A DNA stretch of 64,000 bases from Bacteroidota bacterium (GCA_049973045.1 JBMFJZ010000001.1:473363-537362); one strand, 5' to 3'; shown: positions 20,241 to 30,999, numbered from the stretch's first letter. A program made the numbers and translations. Notes: generated from the sequence alone by a model not told the origin.

Positions 20241-20303
20241 GGGGTAGTAGCCGGCTTTATCCGATCAAGTGGCGATTTGACATCATGGTGTTTTGGCACT
20301 TGC

Positions 20304-21755
20304 TTAGAGAAATGCATCAGCAAACTTCTTGATTTGTTCCTGGTTTCGGGGTAAGGAGCCCTCACAGCGTGGCTTAATTGAGATGATCTTGCCGGGGTTC
20401 AAAACGTTGTTTGGATCAAGGCTACACTTTATTTTTTTCATCAGTTCTACCCCAGCTTCACCAGCATGTTGAGGCAGGAATTTCTTTTTCGCAAGACCAA
20501 TTCCATGCTCACCTGTGATGGTGCCTCCCAAACGAAGCGCCTCCGCAAAGATTTCTTCAAAAGCTTTCTCAGCTCTAACAATCTCATCGGCATCGCGCTC
20601 GTCCGTCAGGCATGTGGGATGGAGGTTACCATCTCCTGCATGGCCAAAGGTGCCAATCGTCAGATTATATTTTCGAGCGATACGGTCAATCGATTCCACC
20701 ATTGGAGCAACTTCACTTCGCGGGACTGTTGCATCTTCGAGGATTGTCGTCGGCTTCACCCGGGCAAGAGCTGCGAGAGCTGCACGGCGAGCAGCTTTGA
20801 GGCGGTCAGCTTCCATTTCGTCTTTTGCAACCTGTACACTGATAGCGTTGTGGCTCCGAACAATTTCCTGAACACGTTCAGCGTCCTCAGTAACTTCAGT
20901 ATCCCGCCCATCAACTTCGATGAGAAGCAATGCTCCAATCGAGGTTGGCAAACCGAGATTCGCATAGGCTTCCACACTTCGAATAGTCGTATTGTCCAGA
21001 AATTCAAGTGTTGCAGGAATCACATGTGCAGCGATAATTGCAGAAACTGTTTCCGCGGCATCACGGATGGTGTTGTAGTAGGCTACCATCGTCCGCGAGG
21101 CAGTTGGCGGAGGAATAAGCCTAAGAAGAATTCGAGTAAAAATTCCAAGTGTTCCTTCGGACCCAATAAACCAATCTTTCAGACTGTATCCGGAGACGTC
21201 TTTCACCGACTTTCCCCCTGTCACAAGAACATCACCATTCGGGAGAACCACCTCCATCCCCATCACATAGTTCTTGGTAACACCGTACTTGAGACCCCTC
21301 AATCCACCTGCATTTTCAGCAACATTTCCTCCAATGGTACAAACATTCATGCTCCCCGGGTCAGGTGGATAGAATAATCCAACAGCCTGGACGGCTTTGT
21401 GAAGTTCGGCAGTGATGACACCAGGCTCAACCCAAGCTGTCATGTTCTCGCTATCAATTTCTAAGATCCTATTCCATCCTGTGAAGACAATGACAATGGA
21501 ATCTTTCTGCGGTATAGAGCCACCACTCAAGCCTGACCCGGAGCCACGCGGCACAATTCCAAAGTTCGCTTCGTTTGCAAGCTTCAACAACGCACAGACA
21601 TCTTCGATGGATCGAGGGAATACAACTGCATCGGGAAGATGTGCAATTAATGGGGTACCATCATACGAGTAAACTATTTTGTGCTCGTCGGAATCGAGGT
21701 ATCGTTCAGACCCGACGATGTTGCGGATTTTCTTCAGAAGTTGCGGCGACAACAC
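20304..21755 (-). CDS. glcD: FAD-linked oxidase, glycolate oxidase subunit GlcD / D-lactate dehydrogenase
   Basis: FAD-binding PCMH domain (VVFP...GSGSGLSGG) and C-terminal FAD-oxidase domain; GTG start. Confidence 0.85.
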   Translation of the reverse strand: MLSPQLLKKIRNIVGSERYLDSDEHKIVYSYDGTPLIAHLPDAVVFPRSIEDVCALLKLANEANFGIVPRGSGSGLSGGSIPQKDSIVIVFTGWNRILEIDSENMTAWVEPGVITAELHKAVQAVGLFYPPDPGSMNVCTIGGNVAENAGGLRGLKYGVTKNYVMGMEVVLPNGDVLVTGGKSVKDVSGYSLKDWFIGSEGTLGIFTRILLRLIPPPTASRTMVAYYNTIRDAAETVSAIIAAHVIPATLEFLDNTTIRSVEAYANLGLPTSIGALLLIEVDGRDTEVTEDAERVQEIVRSHNAISVQVAKDEMEADRLKAARRAALAALARVKPTTILEDATVPRSEVAPMVESIDRIARKYNLTIGTFGHAGDGNLHPTCLTDERDADEIVRAEKAFEEIFAEALRLGGTITGEHGIGLAKKKFLPQHAGEAGVELMKKIKCSLDPNNVLNPGKIISIKPRCEGSLPRNQEQIKKFADAFL

Positions 21756-21871
21756 AGTTGATACTCGAACTTTGTCCTATGCAACATTAAATAGATGCAG
21801 ATGACTGAAAGCCATCTGCATCTTGGTCACGTGCGGTGATCAAAAAGGTTATCCGATGAAAATCTCAACGA

Positions 21872-22423
21872 TTACTTCTCTTTCAACAACTTGATAAATT
21901 CTCTCATAAATGCCGGATGGTCAGGCCAGGCACGAGATGAGACAAGATTACCATCCACAACAACTTCCTGGTCTACAAACTTTCCGCCTGCTTTCTCGAT
22001 ATCAGGCTTCAGAACGGGATAGGCGGTCAGCGTGCGGCCTTTCACTTTATCATGGGCAGCCAGTATAAGCGGACCATGACAAATTGCTGCTACAGGTTTT
22101 CCCTTCTCGAAGAAGTGGTCGACAATCTTGTCCATTCCCTTCTCATTCCGGATCCACTCCGGCGCACGTCCACCAGCGAAAATTACACCCACATATTCGG
22201 CAGGATCAACCTCCTCAAACCCAACATCAGCCGGAACACGGTACCCGGGTTTCTCCGTGTAGGTATCGAAGCCCGGCTCAAAATCGTGAACAACGCACTG
22301 AAGCACTTTCTTCTTTGGGGCTGCGATGTGGACTTCGTACCCCTCTTCTTTCAGACGCTGATACGGGTACATCACCTCAAGCGATTCAGCAGCATCACCA
22401 GCAACAAGGAGAACTTTTTCCAT
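21872..22423 (-). CDS. DJ-1/PfpI family protein
   Basis: Nucleophile elbow AICHGP and 183-aa length. Confidence 0.85.
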   Translation of the reverse strand: MEKVLLVAGDAAESLEVMYPYQRLKEEGYEVHIAAPKKKVLQCVVHDFEPGFDTYTEKPGYRVPADVGFEEVDPAEYVGVIFAGGRAPEWIRNEKGMDKIVDHFFEKGKPVAAICHGPLILAAHDKVKGRTLTAYPVLKPDIEKAGGKFVDQEVVVDGNLVSSRAWPDHPAFMREFIKLLKEK

Positions 22424-22794
22424 GGCAACCTCCTTACGTCATTTATAGACAATCTGTGAATTGCAAAAGAAATTAGCAAACAGGAAGTGTATAATCAAGA
22501 AAGAGACCACTTTGCACGTCGGAAATCTTCGCGATTGTAAGACCTCAGTACAAAGCATGGCCCTTCTTAGCACCATAGCGTGACAAACTCTGCAATAGTT
22601 GGACCTCACCGCGAGTCTTCCAGAGATGGAACTAAGCTCGCCTTCGGCAGGTTTTATTTCAACCCGCCTCCAGTGGACGGTCGGCTCAGGGCGTGACCTA
22701 CATGCACACCTTTTGCATCTCAGCGCCAGATTTTTTACAATTACTTCAATCCTATTTCAGAAATTCTTTGAAACAAATAAGCAGGAGCAAAGAT

Positions 22795-23511
22795 ATGGAA
22801 ACACTCGGAAGTAAAAAGATTGCTCGCTCGCCACTTGCAGCTCTTACGAGCCTGTTGCTCTTTATACTCCTATCCTCATTGCTTCAGGCACAACAGGGTC
22901 ACGTTTACGGAACAATGCCAGAGCCACCTAATCTGGGTATTCTCAAGCAGACAATCCGGTATTATATCGAATCGGGCGCTTACGAAGCAGACATAGGGCG
23001 AGTAATCGACTCAGCACGAGCATATGTTTCAATCCGGTACGCAGATGTACAACAGCCTGCCATCGTGCTTGACATAGATGAGACATCTTTGTCAAATCTC
23101 TCTTTTGAATATCAGTATGACTTCGGATACGAACCGAATGCATGGAACAATTGGGTCAAAGAAGAGACAGCCAAACCAATCAAAGCGACGCGTGAGCTTG
23201 TCCAGTGGGCACGAGAGAAGAACATAGCTGTCTTCTTCATCACTGGTAGACAGCAGCTCTCGCCCAATCTTTCAACTGATCCAACAGTCTTAAACCTAAG
23301 TCGAGCGGGGTACGTTAGCTGGACAAAGATATACTTCAAGCCCGCTGATGCAAAAATGACAACCGTCCAGTTTAAAACTAACGCACGGAAGGAGATCTCA
23401 AAAGAGGGGTATACAATCATAGCGAACATAGGTGACCAGTATAGCGATCTTGAAGGAGGCTACGCTGAAAGAGCATTTAAACTGCCCAACCCGATGTACT
23501 ACATACCATGA
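22795..23511 (+). CDS. HAD-superfamily class B acid phosphatase / 5'-nucleotidase lipoprotein e(P4)-like (secreted)
   Basis: DIDET motif, IGDQYSDL motif, signal peptide. ATG at 22795 with an AGGAG RBS (the ORF-track start at 22693 is earlier). Confidence 0.75.
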   Translation: METLGSKKIARSPLAALTSLLLFILLSSLLQAQQGHVYGTMPEPPNLGILKQTIRYYIESGAYEADIGRVIDSARAYVSIRYADVQQPAIVLDIDETSLSNLSFEYQYDFGYEPNAWNNWVKEETAKPIKATRELVQWAREKNIAVFFITGRQQLSPNLSTDPTVLNLSRAGYVSWTKIYFKPADAKMTTVQFKTNARKEISKEGYTIIANIGDQYSDLEGGYAERAFKLPNPMYYIP

Positions 23512-23691
23512 AAGACTTTTTAAATTTTCTTTCTTTGTGCTCTCTGTGTACTTTGCGGCTAAAGATGGTTTGCTCATCTCGTTCGCCCCAAAGGATCTGC
23601 CGAGAGCGGACGCGCAAATACTTTCTAAATTTATTTTCCCCTTTGTCTCCCACCCTGGTGGGATGTACTCTGCAGTTAGACGTGATTCAAC

Positions 23692-24429
23692 TCAAAACTG
23701 GATCGCGAATCCGGATACAACGTGTAAACTCTGAAGTGTTGTGGAAAGCCTCCCTGAAGGAACACCTGCGTTCTGAACTCTTGCAACAGTATATTTACAC
23801 TCAAGAAACCAGGCAAGCTCTCCGACGAGCTTCACATCGCCCGCAGCGCTTGCCTGAAATGCAGGTCCTCTCAGTTCATACTGCTCTTGGTGTTGTTGTT
23901 CTATTGTACTCTCAGTATGGGGGATAACAGCGCCCACCCCGATCCTTGCCACAGCATGAATTCTCTTCTGCAGTCCGTGGGCATCTTTAGGAAATCCGTA
24001 TCGCATGAGGAGGTTCAGTAGCTGAAGATTCAGTCCGTGAGAGATGCTGAATTCCTGCAGCCTGTCACCGAGACGCACCATTCCAGCCACGGGGGCGTTC
24101 TGCCAGCGACCCGAAACAGAAACGGATTCATTCGGGTTAGAATAAACCTTCAGATGAATGAATTCCGTCTCTATTCCAATAAAGTTGATGCCCGGTAGAA
24201 AATATCCCAGGCGCAAGCCGTAATAAAGAGGAAACTGAAATGAGCGATCTTCATAGTGAACATCATAAAACATCACGTCGGTCCCTTGTGAAGGCTGAAC
24301 AATATGTAGGTCACTTGAAACGGTAACCCCCTTTCCAAGGTATCCTCCCAACTCAATCTGTGCATACAGCCGAGACGCAGGAGAGACTGAAAAGAAAAAC
24401 GCTGAAAGCAAGAAGAATGGTAATGCCAT
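23692..24429 (-). CDS. Outer-membrane beta-barrel protein (hypothetical)
   Basis: Signal peptide MALPFFLLSAFFFSVSPASRLYAQ, alternating hydrophobic beta pattern, C-terminal Phe. Confidence 0.6.
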   Translation of the reverse strand: MALPFFLLSAFFFSVSPASRLYAQIELGGYLGKGVTVSSDLHIVQPSQGTDVMFYDVHYEDRSFQFPLYYGLRLGYFLPGINFIGIETEFIHLKVYSNPNESVSVSGRWQNAPVAGMVRLGDRLQEFSISHGLNLQLLNLLMRYGFPKDAHGLQKRIHAVARIGVGAVIPHTESTIEQQHQEQYELRGPAFQASAAGDVKLVGELAWFLECKYTVARVQNAGVPSGRLSTTLQSLHVVSGFAIQF

Positions 24430-24443
24430 TGGCTCCCGAGTTT

Positions 24444-26102
24444 TCACAGTGAGATCTCTTCCCATAAGGGGTCATCTTTTTCTTTCTCAAGCACTGTATC
24501 GTGACGGAAATGCTCGTCGTCGACGTAGGGGAAATCTATCATGTAATGAAGTCCACGGCTCTCCTGCCTTCTCAGCGCCGACTTGACGATGATGCCAGCG
24601 ACACAAGCAAGATTCCGCAGTTCAAGGAGGCTGGTGCTGAGCCGGGTTCGTCTATAAAAATCTTCGACCTCCGCTTGAATCAACCGAATTCGCCGTAGCG
24701 CTCGCTTGAGCCGATCCGCGGAGCGAACGATGCCAACGTAATCCCACATCAGTTGCTGAATCTCTTTCCTGTTATGTGAAATAAGAACCCACTCATCGGA
24801 GTTTGTAAGCTCGCGATTTTCCAACACAGGTACATCTACTTTTCCCAGGTGTCTCCCTCGTGCGCGGAAATCCGATAAAGCACCACAAGAAGATCTTGCG
24901 GCACGTGCCGAAAAGACGAGAGCCTCCAAAAGCGAGTTGCTCGCAAGCCGATTTGCTCCATGCAATCCGGTCATGCTGACTTCACCAGCAGCATATAGAC
25001 CACCGATAGTTGTCCGGCCGTGAAGATCGGTGGCAATACCGCCACATGAATAATGAGCCGCAGGCACAACGGGCACAGGCTCTTTTGTGATATCGAGCTT
25101 AAAACGTTCTTTGCACGTTGTGTAGATATAGGGGAACTGTTCACGGACTGCATCAGCCGACAGATGTCGGAGATCAAGATAAACAAAATCGTCCCCTCGT
25201 TTCTTAAGTTCCGTATCAATAGCGCGTGCAACTATGTCCCGTGATGCCAACGATCCTCGTTCATCGTATCGGGTCATGAATTCTTCCCCATCCCTTGTTC
25301 GAAGGACTGCCCCAAATCCACGGACAGCCTCTGAAATCAGAAACGCCGGAGATCCGGAATTATACAACGCAGTCGGATGAAATTGTATAAACTCCATGTT
25401 AGCGATTCGAGCCCCTGCGCGATAGGCAATTGCAATGCCGTCCCCTGTTGCGATCGTCGGATTCGTCGTATGAAGATAAACTTGCCCCACGCCACCAGTT
25501 GCCAGGAGTGTTGAAGATGCAACAAACGCCAATATCTTCCCTGACCGTTCATCCAAAACATATGCACCGTAGCAGCGAGGCGATTTGTCTTCACTCTCCG
25601 GTTTTGATGATATGAGATGATGATCGGTTATCAACTCAATAACTGCATGATGCTCAAACAGTTGTATATTTGGATGCTCACTTGCACGAGCTAAGAGAAC
25701 ACGTTCAATTTCTCTCCCTGTGAGGTCTTTCGCATGTACAATCCGATTTCGAGAATGTCCACCCTCTCTGCCAAGGTCAAACCGTCCATCATGCATTGTG
25801 AATTCGACTCCAAGGTCAAGCAACTTCTTCAGATGATCAGGACCCTCCCGAACAGTGACCTCAACTGCAGTTCTGTTGCAAATGCCTGCCCCCGTGCGGA
25901 GAGTATCTTCTATATGTAACTCATATGAGTCATCAGGTGAGACAACTGAGGCAATGCCTCCCTGCGCATAGTTAGTGTTTGAATCCGCACGCTCTTTCTT
26001 TGTCACAATGGCAACGGTGCCGTGCTCAGCAACGGATAGTGCGTAATAAAGCCCCGCGATCCCACTGCCGATGACGAGGAAATCTGACCGAGTCGTTTCC
26101 AT
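24444..26102 (-). CDS. nadB: L-aspartate oxidase
   Basis: FAD motif VIGSGIAGL and succinate DH/fumarate reductase flavoprotein family motifs. Confidence 0.9.
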   Translation of the reverse strand: METTRSDFLVIGSGIAGLYYALSVAEHGTVAIVTKKERADSNTNYAQGGIASVVSPDDSYELHIEDTLRTGAGICNRTAVEVTVREGPDHLKKLLDLGVEFTMHDGRFDLGREGGHSRNRIVHAKDLTGREIERVLLARASEHPNIQLFEHHAVIELITDHHLISSKPESEDKSPRCYGAYVLDERSGKILAFVASSTLLATGGVGQVYLHTTNPTIATGDGIAIAYRAGARIANMEFIQFHPTALYNSGSPAFLISEAVRGFGAVLRTRDGEEFMTRYDERGSLASRDIVARAIDTELKKRGDDFVYLDLRHLSADAVREQFPYIYTTCKERFKLDITKEPVPVVPAAHYSCGGIATDLHGRTTIGGLYAAGEVSMTGLHGANRLASNSLLEALVFSARAARSSCGALSDFRARGRHLGKVDVPVLENRELTNSDEWVLISHNRKEIQQLMWDYVGIVRSADRLKRALRRIRLIQAEVEDFYRRTRLSTSLLELRNLACVAGIIVKSALRRQESRGLHYMIDFPYVDDEHFRHDTVLEKEKDDPLWEEISL

Positions 26103-26153
26103 CTCTGAAAGAAAAACGGCGCCCCGAAGGGCGCCGCTCCTGAACCTGGCTCA

Positions 26154-26801
26154 TCAGAAATATATAGCAACAGTAAGAGTTGCTGTGCCAGTGCCAAAAC
26201 GTGTCTCAGTTGGAAGATCCGTTTTCACTGAAACACCACCGATTTTCGCCTCAACGCTACCACTGGAAGTAGAGAATCCTAACCGGTACTCGCCAGCGAC
26301 GCTCATTGATTGGCTGACGAAGTACTCAACTCCTAATATCCCACCAATCCCAAATGTTGTCGTAGAAGCGCTCGTCGATCGCTCAGGGTTCCCGACGGGA
26401 ACAGACTCTGACGTGCTTGCTGAACTCAAACCCACACCCAGTTCACCCCCAAGATACATTGAAACATTCTTGGCATTCAGCACGTGATACTCCAGTCCGG
26501 CACCAATTGGAATTTCCGTTGTGCTCTGTTTTTCATCTGTAGATCCCGGAGCACCCTTCGTGGTCTTGCTGTAATATCCGATACCAATAGAGCCACGTAG
26601 AGCCATCATTGGCGCCAGATAGTATTTCAGCCCTATCCCACCATGAAATGGTGCAACGCCAAGATTTGAGAGACCGGAGAACTCAAAAAGAACGGCTTTT
26701 GAGCCGGCACCTGTTTGTGGTTTGATCTCCTGTGCAGATAAAAATCCCACCGGAATTGCAAGTACTACAAACAGAGTGAGAAAACGTAATGCGGGTTTCA
26801 T
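26154..26801 (-). CDS. Outer-membrane beta-barrel protein (OmpA-like barrel/porin family)
   Basis: Signal peptide, Gly/Ser-rich beta strands, C-terminal ...VAIYF; AGGAGG RBS. Confidence 0.65.
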   Translation of the reverse strand: MKPALRFLTLFVVLAIPVGFLSAQEIKPQTGAGSKAVLFEFSGLSNLGVAPFHGGIGLKYYLAPMMALRGSIGIGYYSKTTKGAPGSTDEKQSTTEIPIGAGLEYHVLNAKNVSMYLGGELGVGLSSASTSESVPVGNPERSTSASTTTFGIGGILGVEYFVSQSMSVAGEYRLGFSTSSGSVEAKIGGVSVKTDLPTETRFGTGTATLTVAIYF

Positions 26802-26867
26802 AGTGGTACCTCCTAATGATTTGTGGATCAGTTTTCCCCTAACCAGTTGCGAACTGTGGAAGGGGCG

Positions 26868-28085
26868 CTAATTATGGATTGAAGAAAAGACGTCATCTAA
26901 TGCCTCGATAATTTCCATTGCCTGCTCATTTGTAAGAATAAATGGAGGAAGGAAGCGAAGTACAGTGTCGCTGGTGCAGTTAATGAGTATATGCCTTTTG
27001 AGCATTTCTTCAACCAGTGAGCTACAATTCATGCAGCAATCTATGCCGAGCATCAGTCCGCGTCCACGGACTTCTTTGATAATCTGCGGATATTTCTCTG
27101 CGAGCCTTTGAAAACCAGTTCGCAAAAGATCTCCAACTGTTTGCACATGCTGAAGCAATCCATTCTCGAAAAGTTCCTCCAGCACTGCGATTCCAGCGGC
27201 ACAGGCAACCGGGTTCCCACCAAAGGTCGTTCCATGAACACCTGTCGAGAACACGTCTGCGACGCGGTCAGCACCGAGAAAAGCCCCCAGCGGAAGTCCC
27301 CCTCCTATTGGCTTAGCAATTGTCACAACATCGGGACGAACATCGTAGTGCTCAAATGCAAAGAACTTGCCTGTTCTTCCAATCCCTGATTGAATCTCAT
27401 CAGCAACCACGAGGAAACCAAATTTCTCCCTCAGCTTGAAAAGTTCATGAACAAATTCCCCAGAAGCGACGTGTATACCACCCTCTCCCTGAATAAATTC
27501 AAGAAAAACAGCTGCTGTGTTCTCACCAATTTTCTTACGCAGATCGGCGACATCATTGAATTGAATGTGATCAATATTAGGGATAAATGGCTCGAACCCT
27601 TCACGATATTTCTGTCGTTCTGTCAAAGAGAGTGCACCCATTGTTCTTCCACTGAAACCATTGGTCATGCCGAAGATCATCGTCTTTCCATTCTTCTTTG
27701 ACCATTTCCTTACAAGTTTAAGTGCACCTTCTACCGCTTCCGTTCCTGAGTTAGTCAGAAAGATTTTAGCATATCCGGTAACTTGAAGCAGTTTCTCAGC
27801 GAGGGCGATTTGAGTTTCTTGAAGAAAGAGATTGGAGAGATGCAGATATCTTCGGGACTGTTGAGCGATTGCTTGAAGTACTCTCTGATTCCCATATCCA
27901 AGGATGTTCACACCCAAGCCTGTGAAGCAATCTAAGTAGCGGTCACCCTGGGGCGTGACGAGGTAAGCTCCTTCGCCATGATCAACCTCAAATGGCAGGC
28001 GCTTATATGTTGGGAAAAAAATTTTCGATTCTCGTGCAGCAAGAAAATTCATAATGGCATTTTCAGTTGCTTTTTGTATCATCAT
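26868..28085 (-). CDS. argD: Acetylornithine/class-III aminotransferase
   Basis: Class-III PLP aminotransferase motifs (ADEIQSGIGRTGKFFAFEH, LTNSGTEAVEGALK). Confidence 0.85.
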   Translation of the reverse strand: MMIQKATENAIMNFLAARESKIFFPTYKRLPFEVDHGEGAYLVTPQGDRYLDCFTGLGVNILGYGNQRVLQAIAQQSRRYLHLSNLFLQETQIALAEKLLQVTGYAKIFLTNSGTEAVEGALKLVRKWSKKNGKTMIFGMTNGFSGRTMGALSLTERQKYREGFEPFIPNIDHIQFNDVADLRKKIGENTAAVFLEFIQGEGGIHVASGEFVHELFKLREKFGFLVVADEIQSGIGRTGKFFAFEHYDVRPDVVTIAKPIGGGLPLGAFLGADRVADVFSTGVHGTTFGGNPVACAAGIAVLEELFENGLLQHVQTVGDLLRTGFQRLAEKYPQIIKEVRGRGLMLGIDCCMNCSSLVEEMLKRHILINCTSDTVLRFLPPFILTNEQAMEIIEALDDVFSSIHN

Positions 28086-28749
28086 GCTCCATCCTGAGTT
28101 GTCCTGCGATCCGTTTCACAAGGCGAACAGCGAACCTTGCCTGATGCCGCAATTCAGTTTTCGAGCCGGTGTTGTAGATAACCAGATCAGCCTTTGCAAT
28201 CTTCTTCGGAGCTGGCATTTGTCGCAACTCTCGCTTCTCGATCTCTTCCTCTGGAACGTGCAATTTGCGTGCAGCGCGTTTCAAGCGATCCTCATGTGGC
28301 GCATTTACAACGATAATAAAATCGAGGCTTTTATCAAAGCCTGTCTCGAAAATAAGAGCTGCTTCAACTGCCGCAATCCTCTTGCCCTCCGCAGCCAGTT
28401 CATCAAATTTTTTCTCAAGGAAATTAAAAACCCTTGGATGTACAAGTGACTCAAGCTGGGAAAGCTTCTCCTGATCATTGAAAACGATAGATGCAAGGAC
28501 CCTGGTGTCTACTGTTCCGTTTGAGCGGAGGATGCCGTCCCCAAATAGAGCAGCCACAGCATGAGAAACTTCCTCCGATTGGAGAATATTCTTTGCAAGG
28601 TCATCAGCGGAGAGAACTGGGATTCCTCCTCTTTCGAACTCCTCAGCCACAGTTGTTTTACCGCTGCCGATTGGTCCGGTAATGCCAATTTTGAACAAAG
28701 CGGACGGAGGTCCCTTTTCCATAATAAAGCGAGATTTTCGTTGCTTCAT
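28063..28749 (-). CDS. coaE: Dephospho-CoA kinase
   Basis: P-loop GITGPIGSGKTTV and CoaE-family body; overlaps argD start by 23 nt. Confidence 0.8.
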   Translation of the reverse strand: MKQRKSRFIMEKGPPSALFKIGITGPIGSGKTTVAEEFERGGIPVLSADDLAKNILQSEEVSHAVAALFGDGILRSNGTVDTRVLASIVFNDQEKLSQLESLVHPRVFNFLEKKFDELAAEGKRIAAVEAALIFETGFDKSLDFIIVVNAPHEDRLKRAARKLHVPEEEIEKRELRQMPAPKKIAKADLVIYNTGSKTELRHQARFAVRLVKRIAGQLRMEHDDTKSN

Positions 28750-28752
28750 CAG

Positions 28753-30315
28753 TTACTTTGCAAAAGCAACAGCTCGAACTTCGCGGATAACCGTCACCTT
28801 AATCTGTCCAGGGTATTCCATTTCTTGCTGGATTCGTGCCGCAATGTCGTGAGAAAGCTGGTCAGCAAATGCATCATCAACCCGGTCTGGTTCCACGATC
28901 ACCCGAATTTCTCGTCCGGCCTGGATGGCGTATGTTTTAGCCACCCCTTCGAACGACTTTGCAAGTGACTCAAGTTTTTCCAGTCGCTTCACATATCCTT
29001 CGACAGATTCGCGTCGGGCGCCCGGTCGAGCGCCGCTGATCGCATCAGCCGCCTGAACAAGAGCAGCAATTGGCGATTCCATCGGTATGTCTTCATGGTG
29101 CGAACCTATTGCATTCACCACAAGTGGGTGTTCATTGTACTTCTTCGCGAGCTCATGGCCCAGGATCGCATGTGGTCCTTCAATATCACGGTCAACGGTT
29201 TTTCCAATATCATGGAGAAGTCCAGCCCGCTTTGCAAGATTAGCATCGAGTCTTAATTCTGCTGCCATAATCCCCGTAAGATACGCCACTTCAATGCTAT
29301 GCTGGAGAAGATTTTGCCCGTAGCTCGAGCGGTACTTCATTTTCCCAATATGTTTCACTAATTCCGGATGCATGCCATGGATTCCGAGCTCAAGCAATGT
29401 ATTCTCTCCAACCTTGGCAATCTCCTCTTCAAGTTCTTTGCGGACTTTCTCGACAACCTCCTCAATCCGAGCCGGGTGAATGCGCCCATCGGCAATAAGT
29501 CTTTCCAGGGCAACCCGTGCAACTTCTCGCCGGAAGGCATCGAATCCGGAGAGGATCACTGCTTCTGGTGTATCGTCTACGATAACATCGACACCCGTTG
29601 CTGCTTCGAAGGCACGGATGTTTCGTCCTTCGCGGCCGATGATACGTCCTTTCATTTCGTCGTTTTGAATGTTCAACACACTGACCGTCGTCTCAACGGT
29701 ATGGTCAGCAGCGGTTCTTTGGATTGCCTGGATGATAATGCGCTGTGCCTCGCGCTGAGCCTCTTCTTGCGCCCGATCGCGAATTTCCTTGATCATCTGC
29801 GCTGCTTCGCGCTTCGCCTCACTGACCATGTTCTCGATAAGCATCTTCTTTGCCTCATCCCGAGAAACACCGGAGACACGCTCGAGTCGCTCATTCTCCT
29901 CCTCAATAAGCCGGTTCAGCTCCTCTTGTTTCTGATTCACAACTTTAGTTTTTTCTTCAACTATACGGCGAAGCTGATTGACCTCCTTTTCTTTCTTGTT
30001 GAGAAGGTCGAGCTTTCGGTCTATATTCTCTTCGCGGGCAAGAAGCTGCTTCTCATAGGCTTGGAGCTTGCTTCGTTTGTTCTGGACTTCGCTATCGAAC
30101 TCCTGTTTCTTCCGGTACCATTCGTCCTTTACTTCAAGAAGTTTCTCGCGTTTTAGGGCGGCAACATCACGCTCAGCATCCTCGAGAATCTTCTTTGCTC
30201 GCGCTTCGGCACTCGCAATACGATTCTCGCCAGAACGGGCGTTGAGATGCCATCCCGCATAAAAAGCAATAGCGGCAATAGCCACAACCATTGGTATAAG
30301 AATGTATATATCCAT
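28753..30315 (-). CDS. rny: Ribonuclease Y
   Basis: N-terminal TM helix, coiled coil, KH domain ([15 protein letters not shown]), HD domain (LLHDIGK); AGGAGG RBS. Confidence 0.9.
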   Translation of the reverse strand: MDIYILIPMVVAIAAIAFYAGWHLNARSGENRIASAEARAKKILEDAERDVAALKREKLLEVKDEWYRKKQEFDSEVQNKRSKLQAYEKQLLAREENIDRKLDLLNKKEKEVNQLRRIVEEKTKVVNQKQEELNRLIEEENERLERVSGVSRDEAKKMLIENMVSEAKREAAQMIKEIRDRAQEEAQREAQRIIIQAIQRTAADHTVETTVSVLNIQNDEMKGRIIGREGRNIRAFEAATGVDVIVDDTPEAVILSGFDAFRREVARVALERLIADGRIHPARIEEVVEKVRKELEEEIAKVGENTLLELGIHGMHPELVKHIGKMKYRSSYGQNLLQHSIEVAYLTGIMAAELRLDANLAKRAGLLHDIGKTVDRDIEGPHAILGHELAKKYNEHPLVVNAIGSHHEDIPMESPIAALVQAADAISGARPGARRESVEGYVKRLEKLESLAKSFEGVAKTYAIQAGREIRVIVEPDRVDDAFADQLSHDIAARIQQEMEYPGQIKVTVIREVRAVAFAK

Positions 30316-30672
30316 AATTCCTCCTTATCCCGCATGTAAGCGGGCTTACCACTCAATGAAACAAAAATCCGCACACATTCAGCCATGAACAAAGGTTCTG
30401 AAGAACCTCTATCAAACATGGTGGGTGTCCCCCTGGAAAATTCGCGCTTCCGCTGCACTTGCTCATCCCGAGCTCGCTCGAGAGTCACCGCAAGATGCCC
30501 CTTTGCGTCGGGGTGCGGCCTGCACTCCTCATCCATGAGCAGGACTCCCTGTACATATTACTTGTCAGGTTCTTTTTTCGTTTGACCACAGCTGACGGTG
30601 CGGATTACACTCGTCACGACAACACTTTTATGTCAGAGAACAGGCAACCGGTCATTACGTCGCGGGCGCTTT

Positions 30673-30999
30673 TTAACCAACTACCCCCTTGGCATCTGCT
30701 TCAGATAAACTCTGCTCAAGAAATCCAGCAATTTTCTTCAATTCTCGTGAAAAGAGTTCAATCTGATACTGGTTCTTCTCTCGCTCTTTAAAAAGGTCTT
30801 CTGCAATATTCAATGCTGAAAGAACCGCAATCGTCAGCGGTGGCTGGTCAGGAATTTTTGCGTGGATCGTACGGATCATCTCGTCTACATACTGCGCAAT
30901 GCTTCGTGTCAACTCCTCACTCTCTCCACGCAGGGGGTACTCGGAACCAAAAATAGTAACCCTGATGCTACGACCATCCATTTTCAATCCAATATGCAT
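30673..30999 (-). CDS. zapA: Cell division protein ZapA
   Basis: 108 aa with a ZapA-like N-terminal domain (VTIFGSEYPLRG) and C-terminal coiled coil. Confidence 0.75.
   Translation of the reverse strand: MHIGLKMDGRSIRVTIFGSEYPLRGESEELTRSIAQYVDEMIRTIHAKIPDQPPLTIAVLSALNIAEDLFKEREKNQYQIELFSRELKKIAGFLEQSLSEADAKGVVG

Noticed and set aside
20466-21377. 303-aa ORF on the plus strand
   Set aside because: Entirely antisense to the well-supported glcD gene. Low-complexity, Cys/Ser-rich translation typical of a shadow ORF.
29368-30156. 262-aa plus-strand ORF
   Set aside because: Antisense to rny. Leu/Phe-rich shadow-frame translation of a Lys/Glu-rich gene.
30153-30536. 127-aa minus ORF in the zapA-rny gap
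   Set aside because: Overlaps the rny start with its RBS, and has an Arg-rich low-complexity translation. The region is more likely non-coding RNA or UTR.
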